The position numbers were made by a program, and so were the translations under genes. This document shows, piece after piece, positions 29,075 through 38,411 of a stretch of 64,000 nt of DNA (its first letter is position 1; each line of letters starts with the position of its first letter). Where the stretch lies: positions 7,089 to 71,088 of the forward strand of contig CAJMAZ010000001.1 of the NCBI GenBank assembly GCA_905211535.1, read 5' to 3'. The notes under the pieces were generated by a model. It saw only the letters and a list, made by a program, of their open reading frames with translations. It was not told where the DNA came from and made no database searches. The stretch comes from an uncultured Collinsella sp. (GTDB lineage: Bacteria > Actinomycetota > Coriobacteriia > Coriobacteriales > Coriobacteriaceae).

Positions 29075-29683
29075 TTGTCGGTAGAGGATCAGTTTGAGGG
29101 CGATGAGCGTGCGCTGCTCAAGCGCATTCAAGAGCTGCTCGATGTTCGCATGAAGGATAAGCGCAAGCGCTATGTGCATTCGCTGGGTGTTGCCGAGACC
29201 GCACTTCATCTGGCCGAGGTCTACGGCGTTGACCGCTTTGATGCCGCTGCTGCCGGTCTGATCCACGACTGGGACAAAGTGCTCTCCGACGACGAGCTGG
29301 TTACGCGCGCTCTGCATTACGGCATTAAGATTGCCGGCTCTCCTTCCGCCGCGACGCCGCTTTTGCATGGTCCTGTTGCCGCCTATGAGCTTCCGCAGCT
29401 TTTCCCCGAGTTGTCGCCGGCCGTTTTCCAGGCTGTCGACCGTCACACCGTGGGTGCCTGCGACATGACGCCGCTCGATATGGTGGTCTTTGTGGCCGAT
29501 GCCATCGAACCCAACCGCCACGGTGACTATGCCCATGCGCTGCGCAAGATGGTGGGGAAGTCCTCGCTCGACGAGTTGTTCTTCTCCTGTTTTGCGCAGG
29601 GTCTGGTCTATGTGATCCAGTCCGGGCGCTATCTTTATCCCACGGCTATTACGATTTACAACCATTACGCCCAGCTGCGCTAG
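29075..29683 (+). CDS. yqeK: HD-domain protein YqeK (bis(5'-nucleosyl)-tetraphosphatase type)
   Basis: RYVHSLGV...HDWDK HD motifs. Conserved nadD-yqeK-rsfS order. Confidence 0.85.
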   Translation: MSVEDQFEGDERALLKRIQELLDVRMKDKRKRYVHSLGVAETALHLAEVYGVDRFDAAAAGLIHDWDKVLSDDELVTRALHYGIKIAGSPSAATPLLHGPVAAYELPQLFPELSPAVFQAVDRHTVGACDMTPLDMVVFVADAIEPNRHGDYAHALRKMVGKSSLDELFFSCFAQGLVYVIQSGRYLYPTAITIYNHYAQLR

Positions 29684-29710
29684 CTCGGGCTGTCTAGAAA
29701 GAGGTATTCC

Positions 29711-30166
29711 ATGGCCGACGAGACCATGACCGACGAGCAGATTCTTGAAGGTGTGGAGCACAAGAGCTTCGCCGCCACGTCCGACCGCACTGCCGCCTCG
29801 CTGTCCGCGAGCGGTGTCGCCGCCGAGGATGTCGCCCGCGCCGCCGCGCAGGCCGCCTACGACAAGAAGGGCGAGGACGTTCGGGTGCTCGACCTGACCG
29901 AGCTTTCCGACGTATGCGACTACTTTGTGCTTGCCACCGGTGCCAACAACCGCCAGGCCGATTCGATCGTCGACGAGATCGAGGAGAAGGTCGCCGAGGC
30001 TTGCGGCGAGCATCCGTTCTCCATCGAGGGCCGCGAGCAGAAGACCTGGATGCTCATGGACTACGGTTCGGTTGTCGTCCACGTCTTCACTCCCGAAGCC
30101 CGCGACTTCTACCGCCTCGAGAAACTCTGGGGAGACGCCCCCCAGCTCCCCCTCAACCTCCTCTAG
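29711..30166 (+). CDS. rsfS: Ribosome silencing factor RsfS
   Basis: VLDLTELSDVCDYFVLATGAN...WMLMDYGSVVVHVF...YRLEKLW. Confidence 0.92.
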   Translation: MADETMTDEQILEGVEHKSFAATSDRTAASLSASGVAAEDVARAAAQAAYDKKGEDVRVLDLTELSDVCDYFVLATGANNRQADSIVDEIEEKVAEACGEHPFSIEGREQKTWMLMDYGSVVVHVFTPEARDFYRLEKLWGDAPQLPLNLL

Positions 30167-30196
30167 TAGCTCATTTGAGACGGGGTTTAGCTACCC
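30166..30196 (+). repeat. REP-like unit B1 (degenerate)
   Basis: GTAGCTCATTTGAGACGGGGTTTAGCTACCC. Begins on the last base of the rsfS stop. Confidence 0.75.
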
Positions 30197-30208
30197 TCAC
30201 GCATATCG

Positions 30209-30250
30209 CCGGGCAGTTGCGGTTTTCCGCACCTGCCCGGCTTTCTTTTT
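30209..30250 (+). terminator. Rho-independent terminator of rsfS operon
   Basis: CCGGGCAGTTGCGG-TTTT-CCGCACCTGCCCGG stem (13 bp, 1 mismatch) followed by CTTTCTTTTT. Sandwiched between repeat units B1 and B2. Confidence 0.8.
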
Positions 30251-30258
30251 GCCCAAAA

Positions 30259-30291
30259 GTAGCTAATTTGGGACGGGGCTTTTTTAGCTAC
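30259..30291 (+). repeat. REP-like unit B2
   Basis: GTAGCTAATTTGGGACGGGGCTTTTTTAGCTAC, preceded by AAAA. Identical core to 39284-39316. Confidence 0.9.
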
Positions 30292-30386
30292 TACCTACCG
30301 TTCGCCGATAGAAGCGAGTTGCGGTTCATTGCGTGATATTTAGCTTTCCGACTCGGGTAACGTATTTGTTATCTGTAGAGGAGGAG

Positions 30387-31142
30387 ATGCGTATGACTCG
30401 GACCGCGCGGGAAATCTCTGTTTACGGCTATTACCATGTCGTCCAAAAGGGCTGTGGTGGTCAGCTGATATTTGAGGATGCTGACGATCGACTCTATCTG
30501 ATTCGACTGATAGCTTCGAAATGCCAGAAGTTCAAAGTGGATGTCATCGCATGGTGCCTTATGGATAATCACATTCACTTGTTGCTAGATGACGGGCATG
30601 CTCACCTGAGCGATTGCATGCATTCGATTACGACGGCGTATGCCATGTATTTCAATTCTAAGACAGGCAGGAGAGGTCCTGTTTTCCAGGATCGATTTAA
30701 GAGTGTGCCGATTCTCGATGATGATCAGCTGCTCAACTGCGTTCGTTACATTCACGATAACCCTGCGAAAGCCAGAGTTGGCACTGCTTCGCTCTATCGC
30801 TGGAGCAGCTTTAGCGAGTATATGGGCTATCCGGGAATTTGTAAGACTGATTGCGTGCTCGGGTTGCTCGGGAATTCCCAGAGATTTTTTGCATTTAGCA
30901 CCTCGGGCGAGCCCAATGGCTATTGCTTCCGTTATGGCGCTCATGTGAGTGATACTGACGCGCTTGAGTTTGCGCAGGCGTTGCTCAAACCATACGAGCC
31001 TCACCATCTCAACGCTCTGCCCAAGGGCGTGCGTGATGACTGTATCCGTAAGCTCAAAAGCGAGGGCTTTTCGATCAAGCAGATCGTGCGCCTCACGGGT
31101 ATCGGCCATTGCACGATTCAAAAAGTTAAAGTTGAAAAGTAG
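30387..31142 (+). CDS. IS200-like HUH/Y1 transposase family protein, RAYT-type (REP-associated), with C-terminal HTH-like tail
   Basis: YGYYHVVQKG, HUH motif WCLMDNHIHLLL, catalytic-Tyr helix VRYIHDNPAKA, RWSSF. C-terminal KSEGFSIKQIVRLTGIGHCTIQKV. Start ATG 30387 or 30393 after GAGGAGGAG. Sampled G+C about 47-50%. Flanked by repeat units on both sides. Confidence 0.85.
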   Translation: MRMTRTAREISVYGYYHVVQKGCGGQLIFEDADDRLYLIRLIASKCQKFKVDVIAWCLMDNHIHLLLDDGHAHLSDCMHSITTAYAMYFNSKTGRRGPVFQDRFKSVPILDDDQLLNCVRYIHDNPAKARVGTASLYRWSSFSEYMGYPGICKTDCVLGLLGNSQRFFAFSTSGEPNGYCFRYGAHVSDTDALEFAQALLKPYEPHHLNALPKGVRDDCIRKLKSEGFSIKQIVRLTGIGHCTIQKVKVEK

Positions 31143-31170
31143 CTCATTTTAGGCGGGATAATTTTGCTGC
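31139..31170 (+). repeat. REP-like unit C0 (degenerate)
   Basis: GTAGCTCATTTTAGGCGGGATAATTTTGCTGC, closest to unit B1. Its TAG is the stop codon of the transposase gene. Confidence 0.6.
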
Positions 31171-31190
31171 GGCCGTCAAACCGGACATCC

Positions 31191-31315
31191 GGGGTAGTCA
31201 ATTTGGGACGGGGCTATTTTAGCTACCCTTTGGCTGACGGTGAATGAATTAGGCCGAATGAATCTCAACCGATATATAGGGGTAGCTAAAATAGCCCCGT
31301 CCCAAATTGACTACC
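31191..31315. repeat. REP/BIME-like inverted pair, copy C
   Basis: Two units in inverted orientation with a 50-nt spacer. Unit 31191-31228 is GGGGTAGTCAATTTGGGACGGGGCTATTTTAGCTACCC. 31279-31315 is its inverted partner. The spacer is homologous to the spacer of copy A. Confidence 0.9.
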
Positions 31316-31360
31316 AATGCCGTGTCGGACGGAAGGCAGCAACCCCCCGTCCAAAAAAGA

Positions 31361-32614
31361 CTAGTTATTGAAGCGGGATTGGCGGCCGAAGGAAAGGGCG
31401 GTGTCGCCGAATTTTTCTCGGACGGCGTCGATGGCGACGGAGAGGTCGCGTCGGTCGCTGGACTGGGCCCCGCGGTCGTCGACTTCGCAGAACAGATCGG
31501 TTTGGATACCGCCTTGGTGGTTGAAGTCGCTCATGCCGATGCCAGCCAGGCGCACGTGCATGCCTTTCTGCCAGATGTTGTCGAGCAGTTCGAGTGCAAC
31601 CGCCACGAAGATGTTCTCATCGTCGGTCGGATGAGGCAGCCGGCGCCGTGCCGTACGCCCGCTGCCATACGAATACTTGAGCTTGAGCGTCACCGTGGCG
31701 CCCGTTAGTCCCTGACGGCGCAGGCGGCGTCCCACTGACTCGCCCAGCAGCGCAATCGCCGCCTCAATATCCCCACGCTCAGTCAAATCTTTAGCAAAGG
31801 TGCGTTCATTGCTGACCGACTTGACCTCGCGCTCTTCATCGAGACTCGTGACTTCGGAGATTTCGAGTCCCAGCGCACGCTGGCGCATGCGCTCGCCGTT
31901 GACGCCAAAAATAGAGGCCAAGGTGGATTCCGGTGCACGTGATAGCTCGCCGAGGGTGTGGATGCGCATGCGGCGCAGTCGCTCCCCGGCCGAGCGCCCG
32001 ATGCCGTTCATGGCAGATACCGGCAACGCGGCCAAAAAGCGCTGCTCGGTTCCGGGGCGCACGATGGTCAGCCCAAACGGCTTATCCCGCTCGCTTGCGA
32101 TCTTTGCGACCGTCTTGTTGCAGCCCACGCCAATGGAGCACGTCACTCCCAGCGCTGCCACGCGGTCGCTTATACGCCGCGCAACCAGCAGCGGGTCTTC
32201 GGGCGCAAAGCGACCCGGTGTGATATCGATAAAGGCTTCGTCGATGGATACGCGCTCAACGCGCGGGGTCTCGTCGGCGAGAATCGCCATGACCTGCGCG
32301 CTCACCTCGCGGTAGCGATCAAAGTGCCCATGCGTCCAAATGGCTTGCGGGCATAAGCGCCGCGCCTCGGCCGAGGCCATGGCAGAGTGCACGCCAAAGC
32401 GACGTGCCTCATACGAACACGTGGACACGACGCCACGCGAATCGGCGTCTCCGCCCACGATGAGCGGCTTGCCGCGCCATTCGGGATGATCGAGCATCTC
32501 CACGCTCGCAAAAAACGCATCGAGGTCCATGAGTCCCACCGCCGGACCCGTCCAGGGAGGCGGCGTGACGCCCGTGGCATCCTCATAACCGTATGTATGT
32601 TCGCGTCTTTCCAT
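31361..32614 (-). CDS. dinB: DNA polymerase IV (Y-family)
   Basis: 417 aa, MDLDAFFASVE, SIDEAFIDIT, IGVGCNKTVAKIAS motifs. Confidence 0.93.
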   Translation of the reverse strand: MERREHTYGYEDATGVTPPPWTGPAVGLMDLDAFFASVEMLDHPEWRGKPLIVGGDADSRGVVSTCSYEARRFGVHSAMASAEARRLCPQAIWTHGHFDRYREVSAQVMAILADETPRVERVSIDEAFIDITPGRFAPEDPLLVARRISDRVAALGVTCSIGVGCNKTVAKIASERDKPFGLTIVRPGTEQRFLAALPVSAMNGIGRSAGERLRRMRIHTLGELSRAPESTLASIFGVNGERMRQRALGLEISEVTSLDEEREVKSVSNERTFAKDLTERGDIEAAIALLGESVGRRLRRQGLTGATVTLKLKYSYGSGRTARRRLPHPTDDENIFVAVALELLDNIWQKGMHVRLAGIGMSDFNHQGGIQTDLFCEVDDRGAQSSDRRDLSVAIDAVREKFGDTALSFGRQSRFNN

Positions 32615-32815
32615 GTCATGAGTATACCGCGCAGCTCATGTGGGGTGCGTGTATGTGCTTGCAAATCTCGAATTCTTGTCTAAGATATGGATTTGCCCTC
32701 GACTACACCGAAGAAGTTGGTCTCACGGACTTCACCTGCCCGCGTCGATGGCGTATTATGTTCAACTGTTTGTTTGTAGTTGCAGCCTAAAGCTGCTTGG
32801 TTGGAGGAGTTTCCT

Positions 32816-33157
32816 TTGGCAGTCAAGATTCGCCTTGCTCGTCACGGCGCTAAGAAGCGTCCGTACTACCGTGTCGTCGTCGCCGATTCCCGCGCCCCGC
32901 GTGACGGTCGTATCATCGAGGAGGTTGGCCGCTACAACCCGATGACCGCCCCCAAGACCATCAACCTCGACCTCGAGAAGATCGCCGACTGGCAGTCCAA
33001 GGGCGCTCAGCTCACCGACGCCGTCGCCGCTCTGGTCAAGGCCGCCAACGAGGGCGAGAAGACCGAGACCGTCGTCAAGAAGTCCAAGAAGCAGCTCGCC
33101 AAAGAGGCCGAGGCCGCTAAGGCTGCCGCTGAGGCCGCTGAGGGCGCCGAGGAGTAA
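32816..33157 (+). CDS. rpsP: 30S ribosomal protein S16
   Basis: (M)[28 protein letters not shown] start 32816 behind GGAGGAG. The track ORF start 32780 is rejected. Confidence 0.93.
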   Translation: MAVKIRLARHGAKKRPYYRVVVADSRAPRDGRIIEEVGRYNPMTAPKTINLDLEKIADWQSKGAQLTDAVAALVKAANEGEKTETVVKKSKKQLAKEAEAAKAAAEAAEGAEE

Positions 33158-33199
33158 ATCGTGCCTGAGGTTGACGCTGCACAGCTCGAGGGTGAGGCA

Positions 33200-33445
33200 A
33201 TGCTCTCAGATCGCATCGCCGATCTCGTCGAATATCTCGTTGTTCAGATCGTCGACGACCCGGATTCCGTGAGCCTTGAGGTCATCGATGGTGACGACGC
33301 CTCCACGATTGAGGTTTCGGTCGCCGAGGATGACGTCGCTAAGGTCATCGGCCGTCGTGGCCGTACCATCAAGGCCATTCGCACGCTCGCCCGTGCACTG
33401 GCCGCTCGCCTCGACACTGCTGTCGAGGTAGAGGTTCTGGGCTAG
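33200..33445 (+). CDS. KH-domain RNA-binding protein (YlqC family)
   Basis: VIGRRGRTIKAIRTL GxxG KH motif. Conserved position between rpsP and rimM. ATG 33200 preferred over GTG 33161. Confidence 0.85.
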   Translation: MLSDRIADLVEYLVVQIVDDPDSVSLEVIDGDDASTIEVSVAEDDVAKVIGRRGRTIKAIRTLARALAARLDTAVEVEVLG

Positions 33446-33449
33446 GACC

Positions 33450-33971
33450 TTGAGGTCCCAGTACAAAAACATCGCCCGTGTGGTCAAACCGCACGGAAGG
33501 AAGGGGGAGGTCCTCGCGCAGCCGCTGCGGGGGCTTCCTTCTGTATTAGAGCCTGGTATGCGCGTCGCCCTGACGCCGCCGGCGCTCAAGCGCGACCGCT
33601 TTTGCACGGTCGTGTCCGTCACCGATACGGGCGATGGCGATCTGGTCTCGTTTGAGGGCATTGACGACTTGACGGCCGCCGAGGGCATCACGGGATGCTA
33701 CGTGCTGGCAAATCGTGATGACTTTGAGCTCGATTCGCTCGACGCTGCCTATACCGACCTGATGGGTCGCGAGGTGGTCGACGAGCGCTTCGGTTCGCTC
33801 GGCACGATCGTCGAGATCATGTCGACGCCCGCTAACGATGTTTGGGTTGTCGAGGGTAATCGGTACGGCGAGGTACTGATTCCCGTGATTGAGCAGGTTG
33901 TGCTCGATCTTCCCGACACAGGGACAATTTCCGTCCACGTGATGGACGGCCTGATCGATATGGACAAGTAG
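33450..33971 (+). CDS. rimM: 16S rRNA processing protein RimM
   Basis: IARVVKPHGRKGEV N-terminus, PRC-barrel C-terminus, synteny. Confidence 0.9.
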   Translation: MRSQYKNIARVVKPHGRKGEVLAQPLRGLPSVLEPGMRVALTPPALKRDRFCTVVSVTDTGDGDLVSFEGIDDLTAAEGITGCYVLANRDDFELDSLDAAYTDLMGREVVDERFGSLGTIVEIMSTPANDVWVVEGNRYGEVLIPVIEQVVLDLPDTGTISVHVMDGLIDMDK

Positions 33972-33981
33972 GGAGGACAAC

Positions 33982-34740
33982 ATGCTGATTGAGACCCTTT
34001 CGGTCTTTCCCGAGATGTTTGAGCCCGTCATGTCCACATCGATCTTGGGTCGCGCCCGCAAGGCCGGCCTTTTTGATTTTAAGGCGTATAACCTGCGCGA
34101 CTGGACGCACGACCGTCATCGTACCGTCGATGACGAGCCGTACGGCGGCGGGCAGGGCATGCTCATGAAGGTCGAGCCTATTGCCGAGGCAATCGAGGCC
34201 ATCAGCTCCGAGGGTCCCAAGCCCACTGTGGTGTTCTTTACCCCCTGTGGCGAGCCTTTTACGCAGCGTGTGGCCGAGCGCCTGCTCAAAAGTGAGCGCC
34301 TGCTGTTTGTGTGCAGCCGTTACGAGGGCGTCGACGAGCGCGCGTATGCGTATGCCGACGAGCGTCTGTCGATTGGCGACTATGTGCTTACGGGTGGCGA
34401 GCTACCCGCCATGGTCGTTGCCGATGCCGTCGTACGCCTCATCCCCGGCGCCCTGGGCGACGAGATGAGCAACGTCGACGAGTCGTTCTCGACCGCCGAG
34501 GACGGAGGACTGCTCGAGTACGCGCAGTACACCCGCCCCGCCGAGTTCAACGGCGAGGACGTGCCGCCGGTGCTTGTGAGCGGCGATCACGCAAAAGTTG
34601 ACGCTTGGCGCCGCAAGAACGCCATCGAGCGCACCTGTCGCTGGCGTCCCGACCTGATCGAGACTGCGCGGCTCACGCCCGAGGAGCGCGCTTACGCGCA
34701 GGAGATCCTTGACGCTTCGTATTCGCAGAGCGAGGAGTAA
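33982..34740 (+). CDS. trmD: tRNA (guanine37-N1)-methyltransferase
   Basis: DDEPYGGGQGM, CSRYEGVDER, SIGDYVLTGGELPA motifs. Confidence 0.95.
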   Translation: MLIETLSVFPEMFEPVMSTSILGRARKAGLFDFKAYNLRDWTHDRHRTVDDEPYGGGQGMLMKVEPIAEAIEAISSEGPKPTVVFFTPCGEPFTQRVAERLLKSERLLFVCSRYEGVDERAYAYADERLSIGDYVLTGGELPAMVVADAVVRLIPGALGDEMSNVDESFSTAEDGGLLEYAQYTRPAEFNGEDVPPVLVSGDHAKVDAWRRKNAIERTCRWRPDLIETARLTPEERAYAQEILDASYSQSEE

Positions 34741-34742
34741 GT

Positions 34743-35306
34743 ATGGTTCCTACGCAACATTCCGCGTTGAGGGGCGCTTTTGAGTGGATCGCGGTCATCG
34801 CGATCGCGCTTGTGGCCACCTTCCTGATCCGCACCTTTGTGGTCGAGCCCTTTGTGGTGCCCACCGGCTCTATGGAGGACACAATCGAGATTGGCGACCA
34901 GATCCTGGCGCAAAAGGTGAGCCTCGAGCTCGGTCAGCCCGTCAAGCAGGGCGATATCGTGGTGTTTCACAACCCCGATGGCACCTCCGAACATGATGTT
35001 CTTGTCAAGCGCGTTATTGCCACGGCCGGCCAGACGGTCGACCTGCAGGACGGCAAGGTGGTCGTTGACGGCCAAGCGCTCGACGAGGACTATACGGCGG
35101 GCATGAGCTGGCCGCTTTCGGTCCAAGCGCCCGGCGCCCAGGTGAGCTATCCTTACACCGTCCCCGACGGGTGTATGTGGGTGATGGGCGACAACCGAGA
35201 GAACTCAGCCGACTCCCGCTATTTTGGGCCGGTCGACCGCTCCGATTTAATGGCCGTGGCACTCGTTCGCTACTGGCCGCTCAACCGCATCGGCGCTATC
35301 GACTAA
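34743..35306 (+). CDS. lepB: Signal peptidase I
   Basis: Catalytic Ser box GSMEDT, Lys box KRVIATAGQ, GDNRENSADSRYFG. Confidence 0.92.
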   Translation: MVPTQHSALRGAFEWIAVIAIALVATFLIRTFVVEPFVVPTGSMEDTIEIGDQILAQKVSLELGQPVKQGDIVVFHNPDGTSEHDVLVKRVIATAGQTVDLQDGKVVVDGQALDEDYTAGMSWPLSVQAPGAQVSYPYTVPDGCMWVMGDNRENSADSRYFGPVDRSDLMAVALVRYWPLNRIGAID

Positions 35307-35365
35307 AAACCGCTATAGTACAGTACCTAACCGTGTAATCGTTTCGACGAGGGGATATTAGAGGC

Positions 35366-36277
35366 ATGAACGCTTCATCGCTTTCCTTCCAAGACATCAT
35401 CCTGCGCCTCCAGCAGTACTGGGGCGAGCAGGGCTGCGTCATTATGCAGCCCTATGACTCCGAGGTCGGTGCCGGTACCTTCCATACCGCGACCACGCTG
35501 CGCTCGCTCGGTCCCGCCGAGTGGCGCACCTGCTATGCGCAGCCTTGCCGCCGTCCCGCCGACGGCCGCTACGGCGAGAACCCCAACCGCATGCAGCACT
35601 ACTATCAGTTCCAGGTGCTCATCAAGCCGTCGCCGGTCAACGCTCAGGAGCTCTACCTGGGTTCGCTGGCCGCCATTGGCCTGGATCCCAACGACCATGA
35701 CGTCCGCTTTGTCGAGGACGACTGGGAGAGCCCGACGCTCGGCGCCTGGGGCCTTGGCTGGGAGGTCTGGCTCAACGGCATGGAGGTCACGCAGTTTACG
35801 TACTTCCAGCAGGTGGGCGGCATCGAGGTCGACCCCGTGCCCGTCGAGATCACCTATGGCCTGGAGCGTATCGCCATGTACGCCCAGGGCGTCAACTCCG
35901 TCTACGACCTGGTGTGGAGCTATCTGCCCGACGGAACGCCCATGACCTATGGCGACGTGTTCCTCGAGAACGAGCGCGAGTTCAGTGCCTATAACTTTGA
36001 GGTCGCCAACGTCGAGATGATGCGTCAGAAGTTTGACGACTACGAGGCCGAGTGTCATTCCTGCTTGGAGCGCAAGCTGCCGCTGCCGGCATATGACTGC
36101 GTCATGAAGTGCAGCCACGCTTTCAACCTGCTCGATGCCCGCGGCGCCCTGTCCGCGGTCGAGCGTGCCAACTACATCCTGCGCGTCCGCGCCGTCGCCA
36201 AGGCGTGCTGCGAGGCCTACATGGCCGAGGTCGCCGGAGTCAACGAGAATGCCGACCAGGAAGGCGAGGTGGCGTAA
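35366..36277 (+). CDS. glyQ: Glycine--tRNA ligase alpha subunit
   Basis: [36 protein letters not shown]; 303 aa. Confidence 0.96.
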   Translation: MNASSLSFQDIILRLQQYWGEQGCVIMQPYDSEVGAGTFHTATTLRSLGPAEWRTCYAQPCRRPADGRYGENPNRMQHYYQFQVLIKPSPVNAQELYLGSLAAIGLDPNDHDVRFVEDDWESPTLGAWGLGWEVWLNGMEVTQFTYFQQVGGIEVDPVPVEITYGLERIAMYAQGVNSVYDLVWSYLPDGTPMTYGDVFLENEREFSAYNFEVANVEMMRQKFDDYEAECHSCLERKLPLPAYDCVMKCSHAFNLLDARGALSAVERANYILRVRAVAKACCEAYMAEVAGVNENADQEGEVA

Positions 36278-36280
36278 GCC

Positions 36281-38377
36281 ATGGCAGACGCTAAGGATTT
36301 CCTGTTTGAGATCGGTACGGAGGAAATGCCCTCCGCGCCGCTGAACAATGCCGTCAAGCAGCTTGGCACCATGATCGCCAAGGGTCTCGATGAGGCCGGT
36401 CTGGCCCACGGCGAGGTCCGCGTGATCTCGAGCCCGCGTCGTCTGGCTGCACTCGTGACCGACGTCGCCACCGCGACCGATGAGGTTCACGAGGTCAAGC
36501 GTGGCCCCGCGGCCAACATTGCCTTCGACGCTGACGGTAACGCCACCAAGGCCGCCCAGGGCTTTGCCCGCAAGTGCGGTGTGGCTGCCGAGGACCTGGT
36601 CCGTCGCGAGGACACTGACGGTCGCGAGTATGTGTTCGCCGAGAAGAACATTCCCTCCGCACCGGCTACGCCGATCCTGACGGCCCTGTGCGAGAAGACT
36701 ATCGCCGGCCTGCAGTGGCCCAACTACCGCAGCCAGCGCTGGGGTCACGAGCATGCGACCTTTGTTCGTCCGGTCCGCTGGATCTGCTGCCTTTTGGGCG
36801 AGGATGTTGTGCCCGTGTCGTTTGCCGACGTGACGAGCGGCAACACCACGCGCGGTCATCGCGTACTTGGCCCTGGCGACCATGTGGTTGCCAGCCCCGC
36901 TGTTTACGAGCAGGTGCTCGAGGACGCCGGTGTGCTTTCTGCCGAGCGTCGTCGTGAAGCCATCCTCGCCGGTATCGCCGAGGTCGAGGCTGCCCGTCCC
37001 GGCTGCCATGTCGATACGCCCAAGAAGGTCTTTGAGGAGGTCATCAACCTCTGCGAGTGGCCGACGGTGCTCGTCGGTACCTTCGATGAGGAGTTCCTCA
37101 AGGTCCCGCACGAGATCATCTGCGAGTCCATGCTCACCAACCAGCGCTACTTCCCGATCTATGACGGCGAGGGCAAGCTCACGCGTGAATTCGTGGTCGT
37201 TTCCAACAGCAAGCCCGAGAATGCCGAGCGCGTGATCGACGGTAACGAGCGCGTCGTTCGCGCCCGTCTGGACGACGCTAAGTTCTTCTACGAGGAGGAC
37301 CTGAAAATCTCCCTCGACAAGTTCCGTGAGCGTTTGGCCAAGGTTGCCTTCCAGGAGAAGCTCGGTAGCGTACTCGCCAAGTCCGAGCGCATTGAGCAGC
37401 TCGCGCTCGCTATTGCCCGTGAGGCCCATCTTGGTGCCCACCTTGCCGCCGACGCTGCTCGCGCCGCGCACCTGTGCAAGGCAGACCTGGTGTCCAACGC
37501 CGTCGTCGAGTTCACGAGCCAGCAGGGCGTGATGGGCGGTTACTACGCCACCGCGATGGGGGAGAACGACGAGGTCGCCCATGCTATTCGCGATCACTAT
37601 CGTCCTCGCTTTGCCGGTGACGAGCTGCCCGAGGGCACCGCTGGCTGCATCGTCGCCTGCGCCGACAAGCTCGATACCATCGCCGGTATCTTTGCCATCG
37701 GCGAGCCCCCGACCGGCTCCTCCGACCCCTACGCGCTGCGTCGTGCCGCTATCGGCATCATCAACATCCTGCGCGACCGTCTGCCGATCGACCCCACGTC
37801 GCTCATCGACTTCGCTCTCGAGCTCTATAGCGAGCAGGGCATTGAGTTCAATGCCGCCGAGGTCGCCCAGCAGGTCCGTGACTTCTTCCATGGCCGCTTG
37901 GTGAGCATGGCCCGCGACGAGAAGATTCCTGCCGATACCGTCGCCGCCGTCTCCGCGGTTCACATCATCGCCCCGTCCGTCTTCTTCGCCCGCTGCGCTG
38001 CGCTCGACGAGGCCCGCAAGAACGATGCCGAGACCTTCGACAACCTGGCTACCGCCTATGCCCGCGCCGCGCACATCTCCAAGCCCGAGCTGGGTGCGGA
38101 GTACGATCGCAGCCTGATGGGCGAGGCCGAGCTCGCGCTTGCCGATGCGTCCGAGGCTGCCCAGACCGCTGTCGATGCCGCCCTTGCTGCCGAGGATTAC
38201 CCGGCCGCATTTGCCGCCCTCGCCGCCCTGCGTGCCCCCATCGACCGCTTCTTCGATGAGGTTATGGTCATGGACAAGGATGAGCAGCTCCGCGATAATC
38301 GCCTTAAGCTGCTCAACCGCTTCGAGGCCGTTTTCTCCGGCATCGCCAACATCGGTGAGCTTGCCCGCAAAAAGTAA
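36281..38377 (+). CDS. glyS: Glycine--tRNA ligase beta subunit
   Basis: 698 aa, LFEIGTEEMPS N-terminus, immediately after glyQ. Confidence 0.95.
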   Translation: MADAKDFLFEIGTEEMPSAPLNNAVKQLGTMIAKGLDEAGLAHGEVRVISSPRRLAALVTDVATATDEVHEVKRGPAANIAFDADGNATKAAQGFARKCGVAAEDLVRREDTDGREYVFAEKNIPSAPATPILTALCEKTIAGLQWPNYRSQRWGHEHATFVRPVRWICCLLGEDVVPVSFADVTSGNTTRGHRVLGPGDHVVASPAVYEQVLEDAGVLSAERRREAILAGIAEVEAARPGCHVDTPKKVFEEVINLCEWPTVLVGTFDEEFLKVPHEIICESMLTNQRYFPIYDGEGKLTREFVVVSNSKPENAERVIDGNERVVRARLDDAKFFYEEDLKISLDKFRERLAKVAFQEKLGSVLAKSERIEQLALAIAREAHLGAHLAADAARAAHLCKADLVSNAVVEFTSQQGVMGGYYATAMGENDEVAHAIRDHYRPRFAGDELPEGTAGCIVACADKLDTIAGIFAIGEPPTGSSDPYALRRAAIGIINILRDRLPIDPTSLIDFALELYSEQGIEFNAAEVAQQVRDFFHGRLVSMARDEKIPADTVAAVSAVHIIAPSVFFARCAALDEARKNDAETFDNLATAYARAAHISKPELGAEYDRSLMGEAELALADASEAAQTAVDAALAAEDYPAAFAALAALRAPIDRFFDEVMVMDKDEQLRDNRLKLLNRFEAVFSGIANIGELARKK

Positions 38378-38411
38378 GCCAGCTTGCGCATAAGCGCAAA
38401 AGGAGCCCCGC

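Noticed and set aside
31325-31360. Hairpin GGACGG..CCCGTCC plus an A-run just downstream of the dinB stop, with a TTTTTTGGACGGGG string on the minus strand resembling the repeat loop
   Set aside because: It is too short and degenerate to call a repeat copy. The U-tract is on the wrong side for a dinB terminator. It is left unannotated as a possible eroded unit.
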